A DNA stretch of 64,000 nucleotides from Nitrosopumilaceae archaeon (GTDB lineage Archaea; Thermoproteota; Nitrososphaeria; Nitrososphaerales; Nitrosopumilaceae). Where the stretch lies: assembly GCA_965209085.1 (NCBI GenBank), contig OZ242376.1, positions 1,088,001 to 1,152,000 of the forward strand, in the 5' to 3' direction. The translations under genes were made by a program, and so were the position numbers. Position 1 is the first letter of the stretch, and every line of letters begins with the position of its first letter. Shown here in pieces: positions 30,430 to 39,266 of this stretch. The notes beneath the pieces are model-generated. The model saw only the letters and a list, made by a program, of their open reading frames with translations. It was not told the DNA's origin and searched no databases.

Positions 30430-32440
30430 CGTTATTCCAGAAATAGCCTTCATATCCTTTCGTAGAACCCTCATCTTCTGAATATTTTATGATGTAGGAT
30501 CTTGTCATGTATGGTTTTAATTTTTTATAATATTGATGTTTTATTTCTTCATCGGTTGAAAATATCAAAATTTGATGTGACACGATGGGAAAGAATGTTT
30601 CAACTAGATTATTTCGGTGATTGCTGTCTAGCCTAGCAAGAGGCGTGTCGATCATAAATGGTAAAGGTCTCCCAGAAGTTTTAGCGAGTGCCCAAAGTAC
30701 AGCAGTTGCAAGCATTTGTTTTTCTCCTTCTGATAAAAGATCCCTTGGAAAAGGTTCACCATTTTTTCGGAATAATTGAATTTCAAATGTTTGTGGATTG
30801 ATTTTTGTATTTATAAAATCGTTTTTGTGCATTAATGTTTGAAGTCCTTCTAATAGATATTCTTCAAGTAGATGAATTTTCCTTACAGTTATTTTTTCAA
30901 CAAATTCCTCTAAAACTTTTTGGACATTTTGTGTTAATTTTACACCATGCTTTGTTTTTTCTGTTTTGTAAATCTTAGAAACAATGTCTCTAAGTTTTGA
31001 ATCTAAATGTTGGCGTAAGGCTTTGTTAGTGGTAATTTGTTCTTCAATATGATCAATTTCAGATTGTAATGCTCCTTGTTCGGAACGTGTATTACCAAGT
31101 TTAGACATCAATGGACCGATTTCGTCGTCTGCAGGAGCACTGGCAATTGTCATCTGAAGTTTTTCAATGTCACCATCAACCTGAATTATTTTATCTGTAT
31201 CTTTGTTTAAAATCGAGTGAGTTACAGTATTAGCTTTTTTAGCAATATCCAAAATTCTCATCATTTGTTTTGTTGAAAATCCAAATATGAGTTTTTTAGA
31301 ATTAACAGAATGTTGTATATGATCTTTAAATATTTTATTCAATGTTGCCATCATGTTAGACGCTGATTTTGAGTCAATGCCAGCATCTCGCCATAATTTT
31401 TGTTCATTAATCTGATTTTTGAGTATATCAATTTTTGATTCCATTATTGTCCGGCCAAATTGTTCCTGTTGGATAGATTCATCAATTTCCAAATGTTTTA
31501 CCAATATTTTCATTTCGTTAGGAATTAAAGTAAATGGAAGTACGTCATCACATAAATTATGAATTCTTTGTCGTATGCTTTCACGGATAATTTCTTTTTT
31601 AGCTAATTTTGCTTTTAATTCATCCCTATTACTAACAAAGTCTCCACCAATTTTTGATATTTGTGTTTCAAGCATGTCTATGTCCATGTTTAATGAATCC
31701 ATGTTTGTTTGTTTTTGGGCAAGGCGTTCTTGTAATTTTATAGTTATCTGAATGCTGTCATCCTTTTCACTCTTGAATTTATCAAATTCTTGTTGCAAAT
31801 ATTTAGTACCTTTAATGAGATTACGCATTAGGTTTACTTGCAGATCTGTATTTAATTGTTCAATTATATCTATGCCCAAAAGAGATTTGAATGATTCTTT
31901 AATTGTGAGATTTTCTGAGCCTTCTTTAGCAATATTCACAATTTTTTCTCCATCAAAAAAGAATAGTTTGATTATTCCCTTTGGAATTAGATCTTCAATA
32001 AATGATTGCCGGTTTGATCTTTCAATAGTTTCAATTGGTACGAACTTATTATTTTGATCTTTTTTCTTTATGTCAAAATGTTCTTCAATGTCTCCATCTG
32101 TTTTTCTCCAAGATCGTTCGATGCTATATTCTGTTTCTTTTCCCATGTGGAAAAATTTGAATTTAACTGTAATTGATGCATGATCTGCGGATGTTGAACT
32201 TTTTAAATATCTGTGGATTTTACGTGCAAGGAATTTTTTGTATGTATTATTAGTGCAGTGTTTATCCATGATCAATATTCCATAAAGACACAGCGTAACG
32301 GATTCAAATAATGTTGTCTTCCCGGCACCATTTTCTCCCCCTATGATGATTATGGGTTTGTCTGGAGAACATGTGAAATCAAACGTGTTTTTACCTTTGT
32401 ATACACTATAATCTTGTAATGTTATTTCAGTTAACAACAA
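30404..32440 (-). CDS. dndD: DNA sulfur modification protein DndD (SMC-like ATPase)
   Basis: GENGAGKTT, LFFFDGEKI, long coiled coil, LSEGEKQ, IDTPLARLD, STD.EI. Likely TTG start near 32440. Confidence 0.92.
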   Translation of the reverse strand: MLLTEITLQDYSVYKGKNTFDFTCSPDKPIIIIGGENGAGKTTLFESVTLCLYGILIMDKHCTNNTYKKFLARKIHRYLKSSTSADHASITVKFKFFHMGKETEYSIERSWRKTDGDIEEHFDIKKKDQNNKFVPIETIERSNRQSFIEDLIPKGIIKLFFFDGEKIVNIAKEGSENLTIKESFKSLLGIDIIEQLNTDLQVNLMRNLIKGTKYLQQEFDKFKSEKDDSIQITIKLQERLAQKQTNMDSLNMDIDMLETQISKIGGDFVSNRDELKAKLAKKEIIRESIRQRIHNLCDDVLPFTLIPNEMKILVKHLEIDESIQQEQFGRTIMESKIDILKNQINEQKLWRDAGIDSKSASNMMATLNKIFKDHIQHSVNSKKLIFGFSTKQMMRILDIAKKANTVTHSILNKDTDKIIQVDGDIEKLQMTIASAPADDEIGPLMSKLGNTRSEQGALQSEIDHIEEQITTNKALRQHLDSKLRDIVSKIYKTEKTKHGVKLTQNVQKVLEEFVEKITVRKIHLLEEYLLEGLQTLMHKNDFINTKINPQTFEIQLFRKNGEPFPRDLLSEGEKQMLATAVLWALAKTSGRPLPFMIDTPLARLDSNHRNNLVETFFPIVSHQILIFSTDEEIKHQYYKKLKPYMTRSYIIKYSEDEGSTKGYEGYFWNNDGEKIVTV

Positions 32441-32441
32441 A

Positions 32442-33950
32442 TTATCCACCAAATTCCTTTTTTGATGTTTTTTGTTTCTCAAGATCGTTTACGATCTCGT
32501 CTAAATCATCTCGCCATTCTTCTCCGAGTATTTTATTTATCCTGGGATAAATTTTAGAGTGTTGAGTCATTCCTTGAGATTCACGGGCTACGTTTAGCAG
32601 TTTTGATACTAATAATTGGGGTACGTCGTTTTTAGCACAAATTTCTTCTAGTACATCTTGTTCAATTACACCAAATTCGCCTAGGTCTTCCTGAGGAAGG
32701 ATCAGTTTATCTCCAATTATTTTTCCATATATGGAATATGCGGAATTTTTCCAATCCCCTCGTTCCACTCGCCAGATCCTTTGAATTTCATGAATTTCAG
32801 ATTCCAGAATTAATGTTATGTGTGGGTCCGGACCAGTATTTTGTATTTCCTTTTGAACTCGCAGTAATTTTTCCAAGAATTCTTTACAAAATTCCATAGT
32901 ATATGGACCAGGAACTAACATAGAATAAGGATCATCTTTGTTGTTTTCGCCTCTTTTCTTTAATTCCATCTTGGATTCTTGGATTCTTTCGTCAAATGCT
33001 TTTTTACGGGCATCGTCAACAAGTTTCATTTGGCCGGTTCTGCGTTTGAGTGAACGTACTTGTTTTCGTTTTACTGGGTTTTGTGTTTCTTTGAGTTCTG
33101 CACGCAGTTCTAACAGTGGCTGCATCCAATCCTCACCATTATCAATCATGTTTTTCATAGAAGTGTCTTTTTCTACCACAGTACAGACCCAGCAGCCAAA
33201 TCTGCTGTTGCCACATGAGGGTGTACTAGAATCCACTACCAACGGACATTCAGATGAATTGGCATCCTGATACATGGATAACAAATCACGATTGTTGGTA
33301 CCCCATGGATTTTTGTTCTGTAGTAAATAGTCCCAGACATCACTTGTGATAAAATCTCTCAATGGAGTATATACATAAGTCTGAGAGAATTTAGAATGTC
33401 TTGACAGATAGCTATTTTCTATTTCATACAGATTCATCAGCTGGTTTCTTGATCCTGATTCATCCTTGCGTGTTCCAAGAACTACAATTGCTTCTCCGTA
33501 TTCAGATACTTTTTCTTGGATAAACCTATCTGCATTTCTTATCTTTAAACGATCTGTGCACCATCTAAACAGATTACTTGGAGCTGGAAATCCTTTGCCC
33601 AGCAAACATACCCAAAACGAGTCTTCGACTTTTGGACGGATCAAATTAGTAGATATTGGAAGATTTGATTTTTTCCCATATTTTTCCATTTGATCAAGAG
33701 AATTAGTAATAGCTTCGACTACTTTTGGTGATTCAACCAACGTATCAGAAGATATGATAAATATTTTTTTTTGTAGTTTTTTTGGAGGTAATTTTGACAG
33801 TGCATTCCAAATTAGCTGGGTCATACACGTAGAATCTTTACCGCCACTAAATCCCAATATCCATGGTCTGTTATCATTTAGGTAAACTTCTTGTATTTCA
33901 GCATAGATGTCTTTCAAACTATGGGATTTGAAGACAGAAGGTTCTGGCAT
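32442..33950 (-). CDS. dndC: DNA phosphorothioation sulfurtransferase DndC (PAPS-reductase fold, Fe-S)
   Basis: PWILGFSGGKDS, DTLVE, RWCTDRLKI, ECPLVVD..TPSCGNSRFGCWVC. Confidence 0.95.
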   Translation of the reverse strand: MPEPSVFKSHSLKDIYAEIQEVYLNDNRPWILGFSGGKDSTCMTQLIWNALSKLPPKKLQKKIFIISSDTLVESPKVVEAITNSLDQMEKYGKKSNLPISTNLIRPKVEDSFWVCLLGKGFPAPSNLFRWCTDRLKIRNADRFIQEKVSEYGEAIVVLGTRKDESGSRNQLMNLYEIENSYLSRHSKFSQTYVYTPLRDFITSDVWDYLLQNKNPWGTNNRDLLSMYQDANSSECPLVVDSSTPSCGNSRFGCWVCTVVEKDTSMKNMIDNGEDWMQPLLELRAELKETQNPVKRKQVRSLKRRTGQMKLVDDARKKAFDERIQESKMELKKRGENNKDDPYSMLVPGPYTMEFCKEFLEKLLRVQKEIQNTGPDPHITLILESEIHEIQRIWRVERGDWKNSAYSIYGKIIGDKLILPQEDLGEFGVIEQDVLEEICAKNDVPQLLVSKLLNVARESQGMTQHSKIYPRINKILGEEWRDDLDEIVNDLEKQKTSKKEFGG

Positions 33951-33952
33951 GA

Positions 33953-35002
33953 TCAGGCGCCACCATCCACAGTATCTGGGACACCTAGTTGTTTTAATAT
34001 CTCATTTGCGGCTCTTTTTATTCCTAGTCGATTTTTCAACATTTTTTTATCCATTACTACTTTATCCTGCCATCTTGGGCTAGTTTTTTTCCAATTTATG
34101 TTTTGCAATCCTTTGAGTTTTCTTCGCCAGTCATTATGTTGTAATAAAACGTATCCCACCAATCCAAGGGCATTTAGCACGTTCGTGTGCGCATGTACAT
34201 AATCTTTTCGTAATTCATATGGACTGATTTTTTTTGCCAGCAATAAATTCCATTCGGGTATGTTTTTGGACACATTGTCCCAATAATCTCTAGCAATTTT
34301 TTGTTTTTCAGCAGATACAGATTTTGTTTTTAGTCTCAAGAGATGTCTTGTGGCATCTGCGATACCGTTTAATGTAAAAAATGCTGTAGATCTATTTGAT
34401 ATGTTTGTTCTTTCTTTTTCAGTTCTGCCATAAAAAATTTCCAAATCATCTGCAAGGCTAACTATGAACTGAGCGTATTCATTACGATGATCATATAGCA
34501 ATCCAAGAGATTTTGTAGGTTTTATTGCATGTTTGTTCAAATCAGCAAACATTTGCTGACTTCGTTTTAATCCTCTATCTTCATAAACTACTACGGATAT
34601 ATTTTCACTATAAAAATCATCTTTTTCGCATACTGATCTAATTGCAGCACATCTGTGTTGACCATCATTTATCAAAATAGGAGCATCGTGAGGTATGATG
34701 AGGCTGCCACATTTTCCGTCAGAGCCACGTCCGGGTGCAGGGATAAATTGCATTTTTTTACCAACAGAGATAGTAATTGATGAGAAAATATAGTTTTTAG
34801 GATGATCTTTTATATAACATACAATTTTTGGAATACGGGAATTTCGGATTTTTCGCTGTGCTTTTAATTCAGGATCTATCCTTGGATCTTCTTCATATCG
34901 AAATTTATCCTTAACCGTAGCAAAGGGGCACATTATTATGTAGAATTCTCGTTTTGCTTGAACGCCTCTCACGGCATCAAATGTTAATCCCTCCATCCCC
35001 AT
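33953..35002 (-). CDS. dndB: DndB (DGQHR-domain regulator)
   Basis: RG.QA.REFY, AQR, INDGQHR, SQQMFADLN..A..P..SL..LYDHR. Confidence 0.92.
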   Translation of the reverse strand: MGMEGLTFDAVRGVQAKREFYIIMCPFATVKDKFRYEEDPRIDPELKAQRKIRNSRIPKIVCYIKDHPKNYIFSSITISVGKKMQFIPAPGRGSDGKCGSLIIPHDAPILINDGQHRCAAIRSVCEKDDFYSENISVVVYEDRGLKRSQQMFADLNKHAIKPTKSLGLLYDHRNEYAQFIVSLADDLEIFYGRTEKERTNISNRSTAFFTLNGIADATRHLLRLKTKSVSAEKQKIARDYWDNVSKNIPEWNLLLAKKISPYELRKDYVHAHTNVLNALGLVGYVLLQHNDWRRKLKGLQNINWKKTSPRWQDKVVMDKKMLKNRLGIKRAANEILKQLGVPDTVDGGA

Positions 35003-35209
35003 TTCTCGCTATCTCCTGTAATTTAGCGATCAATACATAATTTAAGTCTAGATTAAAACGTGCTTCCAATTACAATGGAAGCTTATTCTAAAATAATTAA
35101 AATAACTAGATTTTCTCACAATCTAATCTTTTGTGCATGATATTAGTTATAAATAATAATCCTAGGCATGCCCATAATCTCCCAAAAATTACTGTTTTTT
35201 ACTAGTAAA

Positions 35210-35377
35210 TCAGAGAGATTTTTCGAGTATTTTTAGATCAGATTTAGTGAGTTTGACCGTAAAGATATTTGCCTTTGGATGCTTTACTCCAGGAGTCAAT
35301 GGGTGAAATACTATTTTTATTCCATTTCCGTCCTTGGTAATATCTACCGGACGTCCACCAATCTTTGCTTCGACCAT
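35210..35377 (-). CDS. 55-aa small basic protein, below the ORF-track cut-off
   Basis: ATG 35377 to TGA 35210: MVEAKIGGRPVDITKDGNGIKIVFHPLTPGVKHPKANIFTVKLTKSDLKILEKSL; fills the gap between co-directional genes. Confidence 0.65.
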   Translation of the reverse strand: MVEAKIGGRPVDITKDGNGIKIVFHPLTPGVKHPKANIFTVKLTKSDLKILEKSL

Positions 35378-35543
35378 GCATAGTGGCAATATTCGTTGAA
35401 TATAGAGTTATTGTAATAACAGTGTTGAATTAACCATCATACAAATTATACCATATAAAGGACATGATGGAAAAATAGAAAAATCTAAAATGCGTAACAG
35501 TTGCAGCATATATGCCATGAAGACAATATTAGTTGAAATCACT

Positions 35544-37307
35544 TTAAATTTTGTCAATCAATTGTTTCGCGATTTCATTAATTCTATCATCGCCTACACA
35601 ATATTCAGAGTTTCTTATTAAACAATATTTGCTATCAAAAACAGGTACATCCTCATACGTTTTATCGGATATAGAATCCATAATTTTATCATTGTTGTAT
35701 TTTTTATAGTGAATGCTAACTAACCACATAATGTACGGATGTTTATTTTTAGCAAGAGGATAAAGCCCATCATCGGACAGTTTTTTTGAACAGGGAAAAT
35801 GTTTAGCGCGAACGTTAATGTCAGATGGCAATGGTGAGAGATTAACTATTTGATTCATTTCATCAATTATGTCTTGAGATTTACTTTTTTTAGGTATCAT
35901 GTGATCTAAGTTCCACATTGAGCTTTTGTTACCATACATAATTGGTTTAAAGTTAATTACATCAGCATTTCTGTCAGGTAATAAACACGCATTAAAAATT
36001 CTCCGAATGGCATCAGAATTAGACTTTTGTATATTTATTTTCAGCCATTCTTTATTTGGAGACGATTTTATATTATCTAGTTTTACATCGTTATTTATAG
36101 AATCTACCAAATCAGTAAGAATATTTCCAGATAAATTATTACACATGAATTTTTTAGCATGTTTGTCAAGTCGTGTAAGGCTATTATCTATAACCCGACG
36201 GTAAAATACACGTAATAATAGATGTAATTCTTTGGTACTGTCATAATCCCCATCCATGAAATCAGGAATTTTGTTATCAAGGTGGACATATTTATAATAA
36301 TACCAGAAAACTATTGTGATAGGTAATTCACCACATTGAAATATTTCATATAAATATGGATTGAGCAGGATATTATTTTCATCTTCTTTGGTTAATGCAG
36401 AATCAAAATCTTCAATAAATTTCAATAGATCATCAACGTCTTCACTTTTTAAATTATCCCAATTTTTAAACACCAACGTTGGTTTAGTTTTTATTGAATC
36501 ATAGAGATATTTTCCAAGTCTCTTGGACCATTTATTATCTTTGGATTGAAATACATTTGTGAATCTATTTTCAAACTCAGTGATATCATCATCATACCAT
36601 TTTTTTTTTTCAGCTTGTTGAATGATTAAAGAGCGTAATAAATCAACTTGTGATAGATCTAATCCTGTAGAATTCAGGTTGATGAATGTGTGGATAAGTT
36701 CAGATTCATCTTTAAAATCAAAATATGGATCAAGTGCAATTTGTTTTTTTACAAACATTTTAGAAATTTTTTCAGAGAATTCCAGGGCATTTTCATTAAA
36801 TTCCTTGTCAAATAATCTATTCACGCTATTTTTTAATCGAATGTAACTTTCTTGTATGCCCATCCTAGGATAGGATGAAAGTATTCTGTCATTATGCTGA
36901 AATATTGATCGTTTGGCCGCTACTTCAGCTTTTAGTATTGTAAATTTATGTTCAAGATCTTGCCTATCGGGTTCGTTACTTAATACAATCGGATATAGGT
37001 AATTCAACATTGCAGTTGCCAAAGCAAATCGCTGCAATCCATCTAATAGTATGGTAGCTTTATCATCTTTACTTGATGCAAGTATGACAGTACCGAATAA
37101 TATCGCATCGGATCCTATGAATTCTTTAATTTCGTTGTCTTTCCAGACGATATTTCTCTGATAGCTTGGAATTAATATCGGTTCAGGATCTAGTTCTTTG
37201 ACCAGGTCAGACCAATCTTTAATGGGATCATTTTTATTTTTGCATAGTGCGTATTTTACAGCATATTGCCAAAATGGAGGAAGCTCGCCCAATCGCTTTA
37301 TAGTCAT
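35544..37307 (-). CDS. DUF262 (DGQQR-type) + C-terminal HNH-like (DUF1524-like) protein; GmrSD/SspE-like nuclease
   Basis: IPSYQR..VW, LLDGLQR, F.NLN.TG..L...DL (DUF262); C-terminal LDHMIP...NL.PL...IN. Confidence 0.8.
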   Translation of the reverse strand: MTIKRLGELPPFWQYAVKYALCKNKNDPIKDWSDLVKELDPEPILIPSYQRNIVWKDNEIKEFIGSDAILFGTVILASSKDDKATILLDGLQRFALATAMLNYLYPIVLSNEPDRQDLEHKFTILKAEVAAKRSIFQHNDRILSSYPRMGIQESYIRLKNSVNRLFDKEFNENALEFSEKISKMFVKKQIALDPYFDFKDESELIHTFINLNSTGLDLSQVDLLRSLIIQQAEKKKWYDDDITEFENRFTNVFQSKDNKWSKRLGKYLYDSIKTKPTLVFKNWDNLKSEDVDDLLKFIEDFDSALTKEDENNILLNPYLYEIFQCGELPITIVFWYYYKYVHLDNKIPDFMDGDYDSTKELHLLLRVFYRRVIDNSLTRLDKHAKKFMCNNLSGNILTDLVDSINNDVKLDNIKSSPNKEWLKINIQKSNSDAIRRIFNACLLPDRNADVINFKPIMYGNKSSMWNLDHMIPKKSKSQDIIDEMNQIVNLSPLPSDINVRAKHFPCSKKLSDDGLYPLAKNKHPYIMWLVSIHYKKYNNDKIMDSISDKTYEDVPVFDSKYCLIRNSEYCVGDDRINEIAKQLIDKI

Positions 37308-37354
37308 GATTTATCATACATCAATTTGTTAAATAAGGTTATCATCTATTTTAT

Positions 37355-37437
37355 AGTATGAGGTCACGTCATGCCTAGAATTTATGCAATAAATGAAGAT
37401 GTAGGCACAAAATAGCACGAGGTGCTGACCTCATACT
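37355..37437. mobile_element. 83-bp MITE-like element with IS66-like ends
   Basis: Perfect 12-bp terminal IR agtatgaggtca/tgacctcatact, identical to the left end of the element at 4741. Confidence 0.65.
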
Positions 37438-37555
37438 GTTTTGGATTTTATTCACGGGTAGAGCCGCATCTAATGATAGATTTTTAAACGAATTGATGCT
37501 TACATGCATAATTTAATAATAAATATTATATAATAACAAAATTATAATACAATTA

Positions 37556-38809
37556 TTGACTAATAATGATTTAAGATTAACCAAAGAAAATAATTTTTAT
37601 GGGTTATGGTGGATACCTAATGAAAAAAATAAAGTATTTGGAATTTTAAAATATTCACCAAAAAAGATGATCCTAGAATTACATGAAGGATTTAATTTAG
37701 AAAAATATTATGCACCGATTATTTTTGGACTAGTTAAAGGTGTTAAATTTACATTACAAAATGCATATGAGATATCATCAGGAAATGGTATTTCAAAACC
37801 CGCAGAGGTTTATGATGTGACATATGCATATGTTGGCAAACATATGAACATAAAATCATTTAAATTCAAAAAATTTTTCCTCAATCTGTCATTATCCAAA
37901 TATTTTATAAATTTAACGGGATTCAAATTAAATTTAGATCCTAAAGATATCATGATAGGAAAATTCAAATTAAATTATAATGCCGTTCCTACTAAAAAAT
38001 ATAAAATAAATGATGATATCAAATTAACGTTAATTGTAGTTTACAAAATGATACGTGAAATATATAATCATCCAATTATTGATGAAGATTATGTGATAAT
38101 TGTGGAATGTAATGATGGTATGAATACAAATGATTTATTTGAATTTATTGATAGCATACGTGGATTTTTTTCATTGGGATTATGTCATGTCGTGCAACCT
38201 CTAAAAATTGAATTTGATTTATTAGAAGAAGAAAGCACTTTGCTGAAAGAAGGAATGATATTTACAACAATTTTCAATAATGAACAAAAAATAACTAATC
38301 CGGATATCAGAAATATCATATATACATATAGATCAATAGAACCAAATTTTGAATTATATTTAAAAAATTGGTTTGGTAAAAAATCAAAAATTGCGATCAT
38401 GTATAAATTATATTCTACAATTTTATATACGAAAGGAGGTTATTTTGATAATGATTTTTTATCATTAATAAGGGGTATTGAATCATATTATAGATCATTT
38501 GAAGAACACAAAAAGAAAAAATTATCTGAAATGCTATCACTTATAATGGTTAAATATTCATTTTTATTCGAAAATATTGATCAATCAAAATTCATAAAAT
38601 CTGTTGTGGATGAAAGAAATTATTTAGTGCATTATGATAAAAAAAAATATGATAATTTAAATTCACAATCATTATACAATATACAACATATATTGATGTT
38701 AATTATTGAATCATTATTGTTAACTGAAATTGGATTTACTCAGGATAAAATTAAAATTATAATGTTAAAGAAAATAAAATGGTATGAACCATCTAATTGG
38801 TCTTTTTAA
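37556..38809 (+). CDS. ApeA-like HEPN protein (putative anti-viral RNase)
   Basis: N-terminal G.WWIP.....GIL.Y pattern; C-terminal RGIESY and RNYLVH (Rx4H); very AT-rich. Confidence 0.75.
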   Translation: MTNNDLRLTKENNFYGLWWIPNEKNKVFGILKYSPKKMILELHEGFNLEKYYAPIIFGLVKGVKFTLQNAYEISSGNGISKPAEVYDVTYAYVGKHMNIKSFKFKKFFLNLSLSKYFINLTGFKLNLDPKDIMIGKFKLNYNAVPTKKYKINDDIKLTLIVVYKMIREIYNHPIIDEDYVIIVECNDGMNTNDLFEFIDSIRGFFSLGLCHVVQPLKIEFDLLEEESTLLKEGMIFTTIFNNEQKITNPDIRNIIYTYRSIEPNFELYLKNWFGKKSKIAIMYKLYSTILYTKGGYFDNDFLSLIRGIESYYRSFEEHKKKKLSEMLSLIMVKYSFLFENIDQSKFIKSVVDERNYLVHYDKKKYDNLNSQSLYNIQHILMLIIESLLLTEIGFTQDKIKIIMLKKIKWYEPSNWSF

Positions 38810-38972
38810 ATTATTGGTTTTAACGGCTCAATCTATGAATGAGTGTTTTTTGTAAAAACCTGATCAAAACCATTCAAAATTATGCAATATATTCACCAAT
38901 TCAACATCAAGCCCAGCAAGTCTTACCAGTACTGCCAATATTGGGTTTTAGCGTATAATAGATACCTCAGAT

Positions 38973-39058
38973 CATGAATTATTGTAATAACTGTGATCAA
39001 AAAACGTTGCTATTGTGCAATGATATATTTTTAAACGAATTTATGCTTGCGGACATAT
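38973..39058 (-). repeat. Solo left-end relic of the IS630 element at 3084
   Basis: The reverse complement of 38993-39052 closely matches 3089-3148, and aattcatg follows at the same spacing. Confidence 0.8.
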
Positions 39059-39266
39059 TAAAATTATATAGATTTCAAATATTAATTTGAGTTAAAATTG
39101 CCATCATCTCTAGCGTTAAAATATTTCTATCTGTAATACATTTTTTGAAAGTAATTTTCCATTTATAGACCAACGATCTCATATGCCATTTTCCTTTTGG
39201 ACTGACATTAACTAGAGTTCTAGTTATCAAGTATGCAGCTAAAACTAGCTCTGGAATTGCATCCAA

